From Escherichia phage vB_Eco_OMNI12, in the sequence record OL362041.1: 64,000 bases of DNA; one strand, written 5' to 3'. This document shows positions 33,319 to 44,716 of this stretch, one piece after another. Numbering within the stretch: position 1 is the first letter of the stretch; each line of letters opens with the position of its first letter. The notes below the pieces were generated by a model. That model saw nothing but the letters and a program-made list of their open reading frames with translations. It was not told the DNA's origin and did no database searches. Made by a program: the position numbers and the translations under genes.

Positions 33319-33511
33319 TACTTATAATTTCAACATCAGCCCAATGACCATAGCAAGGAAGACGAAATTCAACTGGCCAGTTAGGGTCCTTTTCTAATAT
33401 AATAGACTTAACTTGTGGTTCTTCATGTTCATCAGTATATGGATTTTTATCTGTTACTTTATATGTGACCTTAATGTACTGAATTCCAAAAATCTTATTA
33501 ATTATATTCAT
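33305..33511 (-). CDS. hypothetical protein
   Basis: 68 aa ORF in packed 30.x block. Confidence 0.4.
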   Translation of the reverse strand: MNIINKIFGIQYIKVTYKVTDKNPYTDEHEEPQVKSIILEKDPNWPVEFRLPCYGHWADVEIISIENV

Positions 33512-33705
33512 ACTAATTCCTTTAATCCGTAGATAGGAGATAATTCATCGCCCATACGAAGGTCTTCATTTCCATCTACCCAAGAAACAATATAAGCCTC
33601 TTTTATTTGAATACCACTCCATTTAAACGGAGGTAGAACCTTAGAAATTAATCCAGGTATACCAACTCCCTTTAATTCAACAGTTTGACCTAAAAAGAAT
33701 TTCAT
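33508..33705 (-). CDS. hypothetical protein
   Basis: 65 aa ORF in packed 30.x block. Confidence 0.4.
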   Translation of the reverse strand: MKFFLGQTVELKGVGIPGLISKVLPPFKWSGIQIKEAYIVSWVDGNEDLRMGDELSPIYGLKELV

Positions 33706-34043
33706 TAAAACCTCATCTGAAAACCGTGCGATTTAACATTACCGCCATTAATATCAGAACTATTAATTTCACGTGCAATTGAGGGATCAATGTCAATTTC
33801 GCGATTGAGTTTAGTGATAGCTAAAGTATCGCGCCCATTTACAGTACGGAACTCTAAAGGGCAGACTACATTAACGTAGTTTTTAATCGATTCACTGGTA
33901 GGTTGCAAATGTGCAGGAAGGTCTTTAGGCGCCTTTGAGAAAACTACTTCGCAGAAGTTTTTACGGGTATCAAAATAAGTAGTCATAAACATAACATTTT
34001 CCTCAGTAAGGGGCCAAAGCCCCTCATTTATTTTAAATATCAA
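33705..34043 (-). CDS. hypothetical protein
   Basis: 112 aa ORF in packed 30.x block. Confidence 0.45.
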   Translation of the reverse strand: MIFKINEGLWPLTEENVMFMTTYFDTRKNFCEVVFSKAPKDLPAHLQPTSESIKNYVNVVCPLEFRTVNGRDTLAITKLNREIDIDPSIAREINSSDINGGNVKSHGFQMRF

Positions 34044-34410
34044 ATTCGTTAAGAACTACATCAAAGATTGCTTCAAGATGCTCAGGTTTAGCTCTGTTAC
34101 TCAGAATATGACGAATCCAAGTTTTAACCAAAAGCTTGCGATTAACGCCATTCCAGCAAGGATGAGTCCCTAAATCGCGTTCACGGAAATCATCATCCAG
34201 AGCGATTTTAAAGTTGGAACCTTCCATCGTGATTGAAACCGTGATACCGTTTTCAAATCGCATATAAACGTAATTAGGAGTCATATACTGCTCAATTTCG
34301 CATACTGATCCATTTTGATGTTTCCAAAGGCAAATAGTATCAATAGAACCTGCAATACTATTAGAAACATATTTACGTTCAAAGTTGATGTAGTTCATTT
34401 TATTCTCCAA
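34033..34410 (-). CDS. hypothetical protein
   Basis: 125 aa ORF; hairpin GGTACAGG/CCTGTACC upstream. Confidence 0.45.
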   Translation of the reverse strand: MENKMNYINFERKYVSNSIAGSIDTICLWKHQNGSVCEIEQYMTPNYVYMRFENGITVSITMEGSNFKIALDDDFRERDLGTHPCWNGVNRKLLVKTWIRHILSNRAKPEHLEAIFDVVLNEFDI

Positions 34411-34465
34411 GATGTTTAATTGCGGTACAGGTATATAATATCATATCCTGTACCAAAGTAAACAA

Positions 34466-34798
34466 TTATTTTACTACTTTCCAATGCTGCATGTCAAGTT
34501 TACCAACTTTTTTCATCTTCTCAATTAAGCGTTCGGCACGTTGGCGAGCTGTAACATAATACCATTCACCTAATTCATTTTGTTCAATTTTTCCAACGAT
34601 TACTGTATTCAATTCATAAATCCAACCAGTAAAGAAATTATGAACTTGAATTGTAAAGGTGAAATCTGTTCCCATACCTTCTGTTGTTTCTACTTCAATA
34701 ATATCACCTTCAACTGCCATTAAGAACCACATAGTTTCATCATATTTACCATTGAAGCATTTAGTTTTAACTGCAGCGTTCAGATTAATCGTTTTCAT
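34466..34798 (-). CDS. hypothetical protein
   Basis: 110 aa ORF. Confidence 0.45.
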   Translation of the reverse strand: MKTINLNAAVKTKCFNGKYDETMWFLMAVEGDIIEVETTEGMGTDFTFTIQVHNFFTGWIYELNTVIVGKIEQNELGEWYYVTARQRAERLIEKMKKVGKLDMQHWKVVK

Positions 34799-34885
34799 TT
34801 TATTCTCCTTTGTTTGTGTAAGATAATACTATCACAAAGGAACCATACTGTAAACAACTTTATGCAATCTTTGGAAAATAAAAAA

Positions 34886-34903
34886 GGACTCCCGAAGGAG
34901 TCC
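34886..34903 (-). terminator. terminator hairpin downstream of the 30.9-like ORF
   Basis: GGACTCC-CGAA-GGAGTCC; on minus transcript UUCG loop then U-run. Confidence 0.6.
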
Positions 34904-34908
34904 TCAAC

Positions 34909-35127
34909 TTATGCTTTCTGCTTACCAAAACGAGAAGCATCATCTCGAAGAACCGCACGTGCTCGGCGCATGATCTTCTCAACAGTTTGATTGATACGAG
35001 AGTTCGACCCACGCTTGTAGCCAGCGCGTTTAGAATCACCAACTTTCTTTTCAACTGCTTTCTTTGCTTTAGCTTGTTTTGCCATTATAAATTCTCTTTT
35101 AAATGAAAATGCAGGACTTATTGGCAT
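34909..35127 (-). CDS. small basic protein (30.9-like position); true start may be the internal Met (MAKQAKAKK)
   Basis: 72 aa Lys/Arg-rich ORF followed by UUCG-loop terminator hairpin. Confidence 0.45.
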   Translation of the reverse strand: MPISPAFSFKREFIMAKQAKAKKAVEKKVGDSKRAGYKRGSNSRINQTVEKIMRRARAVLRDDASRFGKQKA

Positions 35128-35402
35128 TGCCTGCGCAAGCCCTCAAGGGGAACATAGGTTTTTTGATATTTAACGACCAGGATAACCATAAACCCGTCAT
35201 CATACCTTATAGCTCTTATCTGTTGCACACCGTTAGCTTAAAGGTTCCGGGTTCGATTTCTCGAGGATAAGATATATACTGATGGATATATAGGCCTTGA
35301 GGCGTACTCCCGATTGGCCATCACCTCGGGGTAGCATGCACTTGCCGCTATAAGAATAACATTCAAGAGGTACACCGTAAAACTGCCGGGGTCTTAAAAC
35401 TA

Positions 35403-35422
35403 TAATGATTCGCAAATCATTA
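35403..35422. promoter_or_regulatory. perfect 8-4-8 palindrome TAATGATT-CGCA-AATCATTA, candidate protein-binding site
   Basis: Read directly; located in 355-bp non-coding island. Confidence 0.35.
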
Positions 35423-35483
35423 ATCAGACAGTTCGACGGCTCCTCGTTTTAACTTCACACTAAGGCAGTGACTCTCCAATAAA

Positions 35484-35732
35484 TTACTTCAGTGTTACCA
35501 CAAAGTGACGAACTGCTTTTCGTGCAGCAGAAGCCAGAGGCTTAGCATATTTAAGTTCATCTTTTTCCTGAAGCTCAGCAGCTAATGCAGTTTGAGCAGG
35601 ATTCAGATGTTTGAAATAACGCAGGATTTCAAGAGCTTCGGCTTCAACATCAATAGATGCGCCATAGTTTTCGTGACCATTATTCCATGCGTTTCGTTGC
35701 AGTTCAAGAGCGTGTTGTAATTGTTTAATCAT
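35484..35732 (-). CDS. rIII: rIII lysis-inhibition accessory protein
   Basis: 82 aa; sequence MIKQLQHALELQRNAWNNGHENYGASIDVEAEALE recognised as T4 rIII; position next to gene 31. Confidence 0.8.
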   Translation of the reverse strand: MIKQLQHALELQRNAWNNGHENYGASIDVEAEALEILRYFKHLNPAQTALAAELQEKDELKYAKPLASAARKAVRHFVVTLK

Positions 35733-35871
35733 TTAAAAATTCTCGTTAGAGATTAAAACTCGGTAGTCACGTTCTTCTGAATTTCATCTTCTTTCGACAG
35801 ATCTCTCAGTTGTAGACTACCACATAGAATTGTTCGGTTAACTTATTATTCCGACACCCAATTCATATTAT

Positions 35872-35879
35872 TATTTATA
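35872..35879 (-). promoter_or_regulatory. candidate late promoter TATAAATA (minus strand) upstream of rIII
   Basis: TATTTATA on plus strand. Confidence 0.4.
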
Positions 35880-36215
35880 TCACTTATAAAGACATGGAAT
35901 AGCTTTATAGTGACAGGTAACGAATTTTTGTTTAATTTCTTTTGGCTGCTTAAGACCCAGAGCTACAAAAGGGTGTGGAACGTTTCGAATTTGACCAACT
36001 GGAAGAGAAGTCAAATCACCAACTTCACAGAAACCTTCAGGAACATCAGGACCGACAGAGTGAACTACACACAGTTCAGGAACTTCACCTTGAACACGTT
36101 TACCGATAATAAGTCCTGATTCTGTAACTTCTTCATCACCGGCTTGTGCAGGTTCAGAAACTAAAATAACATATTCACCGACAGCACGAATTGGTAGCTG
36201 TTGTACTTCAGACAT
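35880..36215 (-). CDS. 31: GroES-like co-chaperonin for capsid folding
   Basis: 111 aa as T4 gp31; N-terminus [19 protein letters not shown]. Confidence 0.85.
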
Positions 36216-36263
36216 CGTTTTTCCTTTTTGTTAACAGATGAATTAATAATAACAAATAATTCT

Positions 36264-36271
36264 TAAAGCAT
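36264..36271 (-). promoter_or_regulatory. candidate MotA box (ATGCTTTA) of a middle promoter for gene 31
   Basis: Match to (a/t)(a/t)TGCTT(t/c)A with TATTAT -10-like element about 13 bp downstream. Confidence 0.35.
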
Positions 36272-36580
36272 TTATTTACCAATAAATTGGAGCAAATGCT
36301 CAACTTTCATACCATTAACGGAAATCAATTTGTCAATAGAAAAACCTCGCCATGCACCAAGTTCAACATCAAATACTGGAATCATATCAGTAGATTCTTT
36401 CCGAGTAGATTCAGTCAATTTACCAGTTTGCATGGTTGGCATAAAGTCAGCATCGCGAGTACCTTTCATAACACGAATAGTACCATCAGACTTTTCAAAA
36501 ACTACGTTTGAAACACCCATGGACAATTTAGTTTTCAAAATTTCACGAATTGCTACTTTTTGTTCAGTCGTCAGTTTCAT
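36272..36580 (-). CDS. hypothetical protein (31.1-like position)
   Basis: 102 aa ORF. Confidence 0.5.
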   Translation of the reverse strand: MKLTTEQKVAIREILKTKLSMGVSNVVFEKSDGTIRVMKGTRDADFMPTMQTGKLTESTRKESTDMIPVFDVELGAWRGFSIDKLISVNGMKVEHLLQFIGK

Positions 36581-36817
36581 TTATTTACCTATTACAGTTT
36601 TAATATGAGTTGTTCCACGTTCTTTAAGAGTGGAAAGTAATTTTTGGCATTTTTCTAAATCAGATTTCCAACTATGTGGTCTATCAATACAAACCCAGTT
36701 TGACTTATAATACTGCTTCCATTTAGAGAAAAAATACTTCTTATACTCTACAGCAAATGAAATGTTCTCATTGGAATAAGAACTAATTGCTGTGAGCTGT
36801 ACCAAACGAAATTTCAT
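36581..36817 (-). CDS. hypothetical protein (31.2-like position)
   Basis: 78 aa ORF. Confidence 0.45.
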   Translation of the reverse strand: MKFRLVQLTAISSYSNENISFAVEYKKYFFSKWKQYYKSNWVCIDRPHSWKSDLEKCQKLLSTLKERGTTHIKTVIGK

Positions 36818-37398
36818 TATTCACCACAGAATTCGTTGATATTTTCCCAGTTTAACTTATTTAAGTTTTTCTTAGGAACATTAAACACTTCAATACCTGC
36901 ATTTCGCAGAATATCATCCCAGCCAGGTTTATTTTTATCGTATGTTTCACAATAAACCAGCTTTTTAATTCCAGATTGAGCTATTGCTTTTGCACAATCT
37001 GGGCAAGGAGAAAGTGTTACATACATAGTAGCACCTTCAATTGAAGAACCGTTTCGTGCAGCAAACAAAATCGCATTTAGTTCAGCATGAATTTCATTTT
37101 TAGACGACCATTCAGAGTGCGCGCTACGATGTTCTTTCGCCAATACAAAACGATCAGTTGAACCAAATGATACACATTCAGGCTTATGACCTTGAATGAT
37201 AGTATGTTTAGGTTTATTCAGCAACCAACCTTGCTCAGCAGCATAATCACAACAGTTCACACCACCTGCAGGTGAACCATTATATCCAGTAGAAATAATA
37301 CGTCCATTCTTTTCAATTACTGCTCCTACTTTCCAGGAGCAACATTTTGATTCTTGTGATACTAAATATGCAATTTGAAGTACTGTACTCGCTTTCAT
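36817..37398 (-). CDS. cd: dCMP deaminase
   Basis: 193 aa; zinc-binding HAELNA ... PCPDCA cytidine/dCMP deaminase motifs. Confidence 0.9.
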   Translation of the reverse strand: MKASTVLQIAYLVSQESKCCSWKVGAVIEKNGRIISTGYNGSPAGGVNCCDYAAEQGWLLNKPKHTIIQGHKPECVSFGSTDRFVLAKEHRSAHSEWSSKNEIHAELNAILFAARNGSSIEGATMYVTLSPCPDCAKAIAQSGIKKLVYCETYDKNKPGWDDILRNAGIEVFNVPKKNLNKLNWENINEFCGE

Positions 37399-37733
37399 TT
37401 CATAATCACCAGATAAGCAGATTTAGCAGTTTCAACACGATAAATTTCGTGACGAAGTTTAGTTATACTTTTAATAACAGAACTAATTATATTCTGCCCA
37501 TCTTTAAAGCGGTTTTTCTTATCAATAAAAATTGCACCAGCCATCTTTTTGTGAAGCTCAACTGGATACTTCGTCACAATAATAGCATCATACACAGAAG
37601 GATGAATACTATTCACTAGAGTATCGTTCATTAAAGTTATTCTAATGAACTGTGCTGTTTCAGAGTCAAGCGCTCTATGATCGCCAGTATCATTTTCAAG
37701 ACAATTATCAATTATATCAGTTAAATTCATCAT
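37395..37733 (-). CDS. hypothetical protein (cd.x block)
   Basis: 112 aa ORF. Confidence 0.45.
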   Translation of the reverse strand: MMNLTDIIDNCLENDTGDHRALDSETAQFIRITLMNDTLVNSIHPSVYDAIIVTKYPVELHKKMAGAIFIDKKNRFKDGQNIISSVIKSITKLRHEIYRVETAKSAYLVIMK

Positions 37734-37966
37734 AGTACGCCATACACCCTTTGTGCTTCAACTAATCCATCAAAATCCAATTTGAGATGTGTTATTTGGT
37801 CACCATCACCTGGATTCACAATTACTAATACCGAACGAGGAGTTTCGGTAATAACACGAACCGACGTTTCAGGAAATCGTTCAGAAACCTTATTTACCAA
37901 TTCTTGAGCAAATAGTTTAACTTTTTCTTGGAATTCTTTAACAGTAATTGGTTTTTCGCTTAGCAT
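37730..37966 (-). CDS. hypothetical protein (cd.x block)
   Basis: 78 aa ORF. Confidence 0.45.
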   Translation of the reverse strand: MLSEKPITVKEFQEKVKLFAQELVNKVSERFPETSVRVITETPRSVLVIVNPGDGDQITHLKLDFDGLVEAQRVYGVL

Positions 37967-38487
37967 GTTGATCCTAGCTCCTTACTTTCAACATTTTTAA
38001 CTAATTTGACAGAAACTAATTCAGCATCTTGGGTAATCATTACCGGACCTTCTTCATGCTCTTCAAGATATTCTAGAGCTTTCTTTTTAGCTTCTTCCTT
38101 CGTATCAGTTTGAGCATAGATATAGAACATACAACCAGTAATACCTACTACTTTCCACTTAATTTCTTTATCAGTTTTAATTTCAAATTTACTTACAGAA
38201 TCATCTTTTTGAACTTCTTCGAAAAAAGAATATTCTAACATATAAGCAATTGAAAATAACGGGCTAACTTTATAGGATTCACCCATTACATCAACAGCTT
38301 TATACCAACAATCATCAATTTCACGTTTAATGCTAATAACATTTTTCGCAGGATCTATTTTTACTTTAAATGAATTTTCCCCAATAAACTGGGCAATTCG
38401 TTTATTAGCCCCGCAAGTTTCATTAAAAATATCTTTATATCCAGCTTTAAAGCGATAAACCTTATCTTCTTCAAACCATTCGCTCAT
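37960..38487 (-). CDS. hypothetical protein (cd.x block)
   Basis: 175 aa ORF. Confidence 0.5.
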   Translation of the reverse strand: MSEWFEEDKVYRFKAGYKDIFNETCGANKRIAQFIGENSFKVKIDPAKNVISIKREIDDCWYKAVDVMGESYKVSPLFSIAYMLEYSFFEEVQKDDSVSKFEIKTDKEIKWKVVGITGCMFYIYAQTDTKEEAKKKALEYLEEHEEGPVMITQDAELVSVKLVKNVESKELGSTC

Positions 38488-38549
38488 TTCAATTTCCTCA
38501 TTTGTTTTGGTAGAGCTATAATATCACAACTCTACCGTAAAGTAAACTA

Positions 38550-38855
38550 TTAAATTGCTTTGAATTCTGATGTCTGTGATTCAAAGCGAATGTCGCCTTT
38601 GATAACTAGCTCAGCATCAAGACCAAATACAACAATGATATGCGCGGAACCTGGATACAACGTAATGGCAATAGAATCCACCTGGTCTGGAAGCAAAGCG
38701 TTCAATACATGAGTCACTTGAGCGTGGATTCGAAGTTCAGCTGCATTATCAAGCTTTTCAAACATGTTATTAGCGATAATTTGGCTAAACACTACTTCTA
38801 CGATTTTAGAGTAAGTCGGAAACATATTTACCTCACATAATTTTCTTCGAGCCAA
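38550..38855 (-). CDS. hypothetical protein (cd.x block)
   Basis: 101 aa ORF. Confidence 0.45.
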   Translation of the reverse strand: MARRKLCEVNMFPTYSKIVEVVFSQIIANNMFEKLDNAAELRIHAQVTHVLNALLPDQVDSIAITLYPGSAHIIVVFGLDAELVIKGDIRFESQTSEFKAI

Positions 38856-39020
38856 TCAATAACATCCAAAGCGTTATCAAAAGTTGCGCCATCTACTTTG
38901 TCTTCTGTTTCATAATCAAGAACATCTAGGCCTACTCTTCCGTCAACAATAGGCCATAGACAAAATAGATATTTCTTTTCTTTTTCAATTTTATCACAAA
39001 GACGATAAATCTTTTCTAGG

Positions 39021-39028
<8 letters not shown>
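38828..39028 (-). CDS. hypothetical protein
   Basis: 66 aa ORF. Confidence 0.4.
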
Positions 39029-40436
<1,408 letters not shown>

Positions 40437-40440
<4 letters not shown>

Positions 40441-40667
40441 TTATTTTTCTCAACTAATGATTGAATATAATCATGCAGGTCTTTAGATGCTTTACCCCAC
40501 TTATTTTGATATTCATTTTTGAGATTAGCACGGGATTGAGCTAATAAAACATCATTAGTTGGAGGTAAAGATTCTAACCGCTGAATCTGGCGTCCATAAA
40601 TCATTGCAGCCATCTCGGATTCATAAATCAATCCTTTGAGATGTTCAAATTGATGCCATGAAATCAT
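40437..40667 (-). CDS. hypothetical protein
   Basis: 76 aa ORF. Confidence 0.4.
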
Positions 40668-40963
40668 TTACATTTATCCTCTTTTAACTCTTGACGATAA
40701 TAACATATCATAGTTTTTTGGTCATGTACATATCGTTTTACATCATTAAGCCAAATACGAAATTCCTGAGAATCTTCAAATGGCATACCGACCCAAGCTT
40801 TACCATCAATAACTTTAACTTGCCAAGATAGTTTAGCTTCATCATATGACTTTATCTGTACAGGCCAATTAGGATGAACTGTTTCTTTCTTTACTTCTAG
40901 AGGCTTTGTCGAACAACCAGCTAGAAGACCGATAGATAATATTACTGCTGATAGTCTAATCAT
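40664..40963 (-). CDS. outer-membrane lipoprotein, candidate o-spanin
   Basis: 99 aa; signal peptide with lipobox LLAGC; sits immediately downstream of the TM/coiled-coil ORF. Confidence 0.55.
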   Translation of the reverse strand: MIRLSAVILSIGLLAGCSTKPLEVKKETVHPNWPVQIKSYDEAKLSWQVKVIDGKAWVGMPFEDSQEFRIWLNDVKRYVHDQKTMICYYRQELKEDKCK

Positions 40964-41313
40964 TTAGAAAGGTCCTGGATGTCTTCTGCGAACTTGTTGA
41001 AGGAGTTGTTGATTTGTTTTTCAACCAATCCTGGCTTACGAGCCACCACATCCGCCTTCTTTGCATCTTTGCGCAGTTTTTCATTTTCACGCTCAATAGC
41101 AGCAATCGCCTCACGATTTTTATTATTCATCGCATCAATATAATTATACTGAATTCGCAAATTATTTAATGCTAAGGCGTTTTCATTGGCCGTTTTTGTA
41201 ATTTCTACAACAGACGTTTCTAATCTTTCAATTTTATTTTTTAAAATTAAAGAAGTTCCGCCTAATGCAATTACAATTAATAGCAAACCTGCTGTCGTAT
41301 TACTTAATTGCAT
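40960..41313 (-). CDS. membrane-anchored coiled-coil protein, candidate i-spanin
   Basis: 117 aa; N-terminal hydrophobic helix GLLLIVIALGGTSLIL then charged heptad-like region. Confidence 0.55.
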   Translation of the reverse strand: MQLSNTTAGLLLIVIALGGTSLILKNKIERLETSVVEITKTANENALALNNLRIQYNYIDAMNNKNREAIAAIERENEKLRKDAKKADVVARKPGLVEKQINNSFNKFAEDIQDLSK

Positions 41314-41810
41314 AAAGTTTTAATAACCTCTATAATATCGTCTTGAGAAAGACCGTTAATTAAAATATGATGTTCAGCCGGAGATTTAGAAATTTTAAAG
41401 CATGCCTCAACATCTTCTGCCATATCCGATGCACTACGATTTGGATTACTAATTCCAAGACGATGCTTTCCAGTCAAAGGATTAACGATGATATAGCATT
41501 TACAACTATTGATATGAACATTAGGTTGAGTCTGATTAATAAATACATCACAATCATATTTCGCAAGCTGATTTTCTAAAAAGACTTTCATCTCTTCAAC
41601 CGCATCAGGAAGCATATCACGGGCTTGCTCAAGACGACGATTTCGATATTCTTTAATGGTCGTTTTCCGCTTGACTTGCTTAGCTAAATCTTTCTTAAGA
41701 TCGGTGATATATCCAACTCGACGGTTTCCTTTAAATACAGAAATCCCATCTGTAGTATCACCGTATGCTTCAACGACCATTTCAGTAGTAATGAGCTGCA
41801 AATCCATCAT
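41304..41810 (-). CDS. alc: Alc-like transcription terminator for cytosine-containing DNA
   Basis: 168 aa; position between the pseT.x block and rnlA as in T4; SD inside repeated hairpin element. Confidence 0.55.
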   Translation of the reverse strand: MMDLQLITTEMVVEAYGDTTDGISVFKGNRRVGYITDLKKDLAKQVKRKTTIKEYRNRRLEQARDMLPDAVEEMKVFLENQLAKYDCDVFINQTQPNVHINSCKCYIIVNPLTGKHRLGISNPNRSASDMAEDVEACFKISKSPAEHHILINGLSQDDIIEVIKTLCN

Positions 41811-41814
41811 AAAG

Positions 41815-41868
41815 TCCTCATGTTATGTCAGTAAGACTACTGTAACACAACACGAGGGACTTGTAAAC
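41815..41868 (-). repeat. 54-bp repeated hairpin element containing the SD of alc (copy B)
   Basis: 53/54 identical to 25868..25921. Confidence 0.8.
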
Positions 41869-41871
41869 AGC

Positions 41872-43459
<1,588 letters not shown>

Positions 43460-43486
43460 AATAAAATGGGCCTTGCGGCCCACTCC

Positions 43487-44665
43487 TTAAAAGTATTTTT
43501 TAAAACTCATCATAACTTTATCATCAACATCATTATCAATCTGTGCAACAAGATAAGATGACAGTTCTACTTCTTGTGGCGCTGATTGAACATTATCAGA
43601 ATTAAGATATTCACGAATCCAAGGATATGGATGTTTAACCGGAGCATCGGTAATTGGGCATGGAAGACCACACTGTTTCATACGAGATACAGTTAAGTAA
43701 TCAATAAAGCTCCACATGCTATTTGTATTTAATCCAGGAACATCGCCATCTTTAAATAAATGAACTGCCCAATCTTTTTCTTGGCGGTTAACTTCCATGA
43801 AAATATCAACTGCTTCTTGCTCGCACTCTTGAGCAATTTTAACCCATTCATCGCCATCAGTACCAGATTGAAGTTGACGAATAATATATTGTGTACCTTT
43901 AAGATGAAGCTGCTCATCACGTGCAATGAACTTCATAATCTTGGCATTACCTTCCATGATTTCCATGTTTTTATGGAAGTTAAAGGTACACGCAAAGGAT
44001 ACATAAAAACGAATAGCTTCTAATGCATTGATTACATGCAAACAGAGGTAAAGAGATTTCATTAGCTCACGCTTCCAATATGTCTCATGCTCAATAGCAT
44101 CTTCAATAACGTCTTCGTCTGCATTAATTTCTTTTTGGTATTCGATATCAGCTTTAGCGTTTTCCCAATAACGAGTTTTAATCAGAACATCATCATAATA
44201 ACGTCCAATGGATTCAGCACGTTTCATAATAGCTTCATCTAATACAATCTCATCAAATACCTTTGACGGATCAGTATAAAGATTTCGCATGATATGAGTG
44301 TATGAACGACTGTGAATAGTTTCACTAAAAGTCCATGTAGCAACCCATGTATCAAGGCTTGGGTCTGAAATTAACGACATAAGTACAGCAGATGGTGCAC
44401 GACCCTGAATGCTATCCAAAAGTGATTGATACTTCAAGTTGTTAGTAAAAATATTTTGCTGATACTGAGGAAGCTTATTAAACTGTGCAGCATCCATCAT
44501 TAAGTTTACTTCTTCCGGGCGCCAGAAAAATGATAAGGACTTTTCTGTAAGTTCTTCAAATACTCGATGCCGTTGAATATCATAACGCGCAATACCAAGA
44601 CCTGAACCAAAAAACATAGGTTCTTTTAAAACATCAACTGGATTTGTATTAAAAACTGTGCTCAT
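43487..44665 (-). CDS. nrdB: ribonucleotide reductase beta subunit, uninterrupted
   Basis: 392 aa continuous ORF with di-iron ligand motifs typical of class Ia R2. Confidence 0.9.
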   Translation of the reverse strand: MSTVFNTNPVDVLKEPMFFGSGLGIARYDIQRHRVFEELTEKSLSFFWRPEEVNLMMDAAQFNKLPQYQQNIFTNNLKYQSLLDSIQGRAPSAVLMSLISDPSLDTWVATWTFSETIHSRSYTHIMRNLYTDPSKVFDEIVLDEAIMKRAESIGRYYDDVLIKTRYWENAKADIEYQKEINADEDVIEDAIEHETYWKRELMKSLYLCLHVINALEAIRFYVSFACTFNFHKNMEIMEGNAKIMKFIARDEQLHLKGTQYIIRQLQSGTDGDEWVKIAQECEQEAVDIFMEVNRQEKDWAVHLFKDGDVPGLNTNSMWSFIDYLTVSRMKQCGLPCPITDAPVKHPYPWIREYLNSDNVQSAPQEVELSSYLVAQIDNDVDDKVMMSFKKYF

Positions 44666-44716
44666 AAATTTTCCGCTTAGTTAATAGTTGGTGACTCGTC
44701 CGTGAGTCAAATTATA

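Noticed and set aside
34424-34454. Hairpin GGTACAGG-N15-CCTGTACC upstream of the 125-aa ORF as a terminator
   Set aside because: No U-run follows on the transcribed strand; may be a processing or regulatory stem, but evidence is too thin to call a feature.
35241-35270. tRNA-like T-arm motif GGTTCCGGGTTCGATTTC in the non-coding island
   Set aside because: No 5-bp T-stem or 7-bp acceptor stem can be paired around it on either strand, and no anticodon or D arm was found; likely chance resemblance.
35233-35415. 60-aa ORF on the minus strand inside the non-coding island
   Set aside because: No Shine-Dalgarno, no translational coupling, low-complexity sequence; treated as non-coding.
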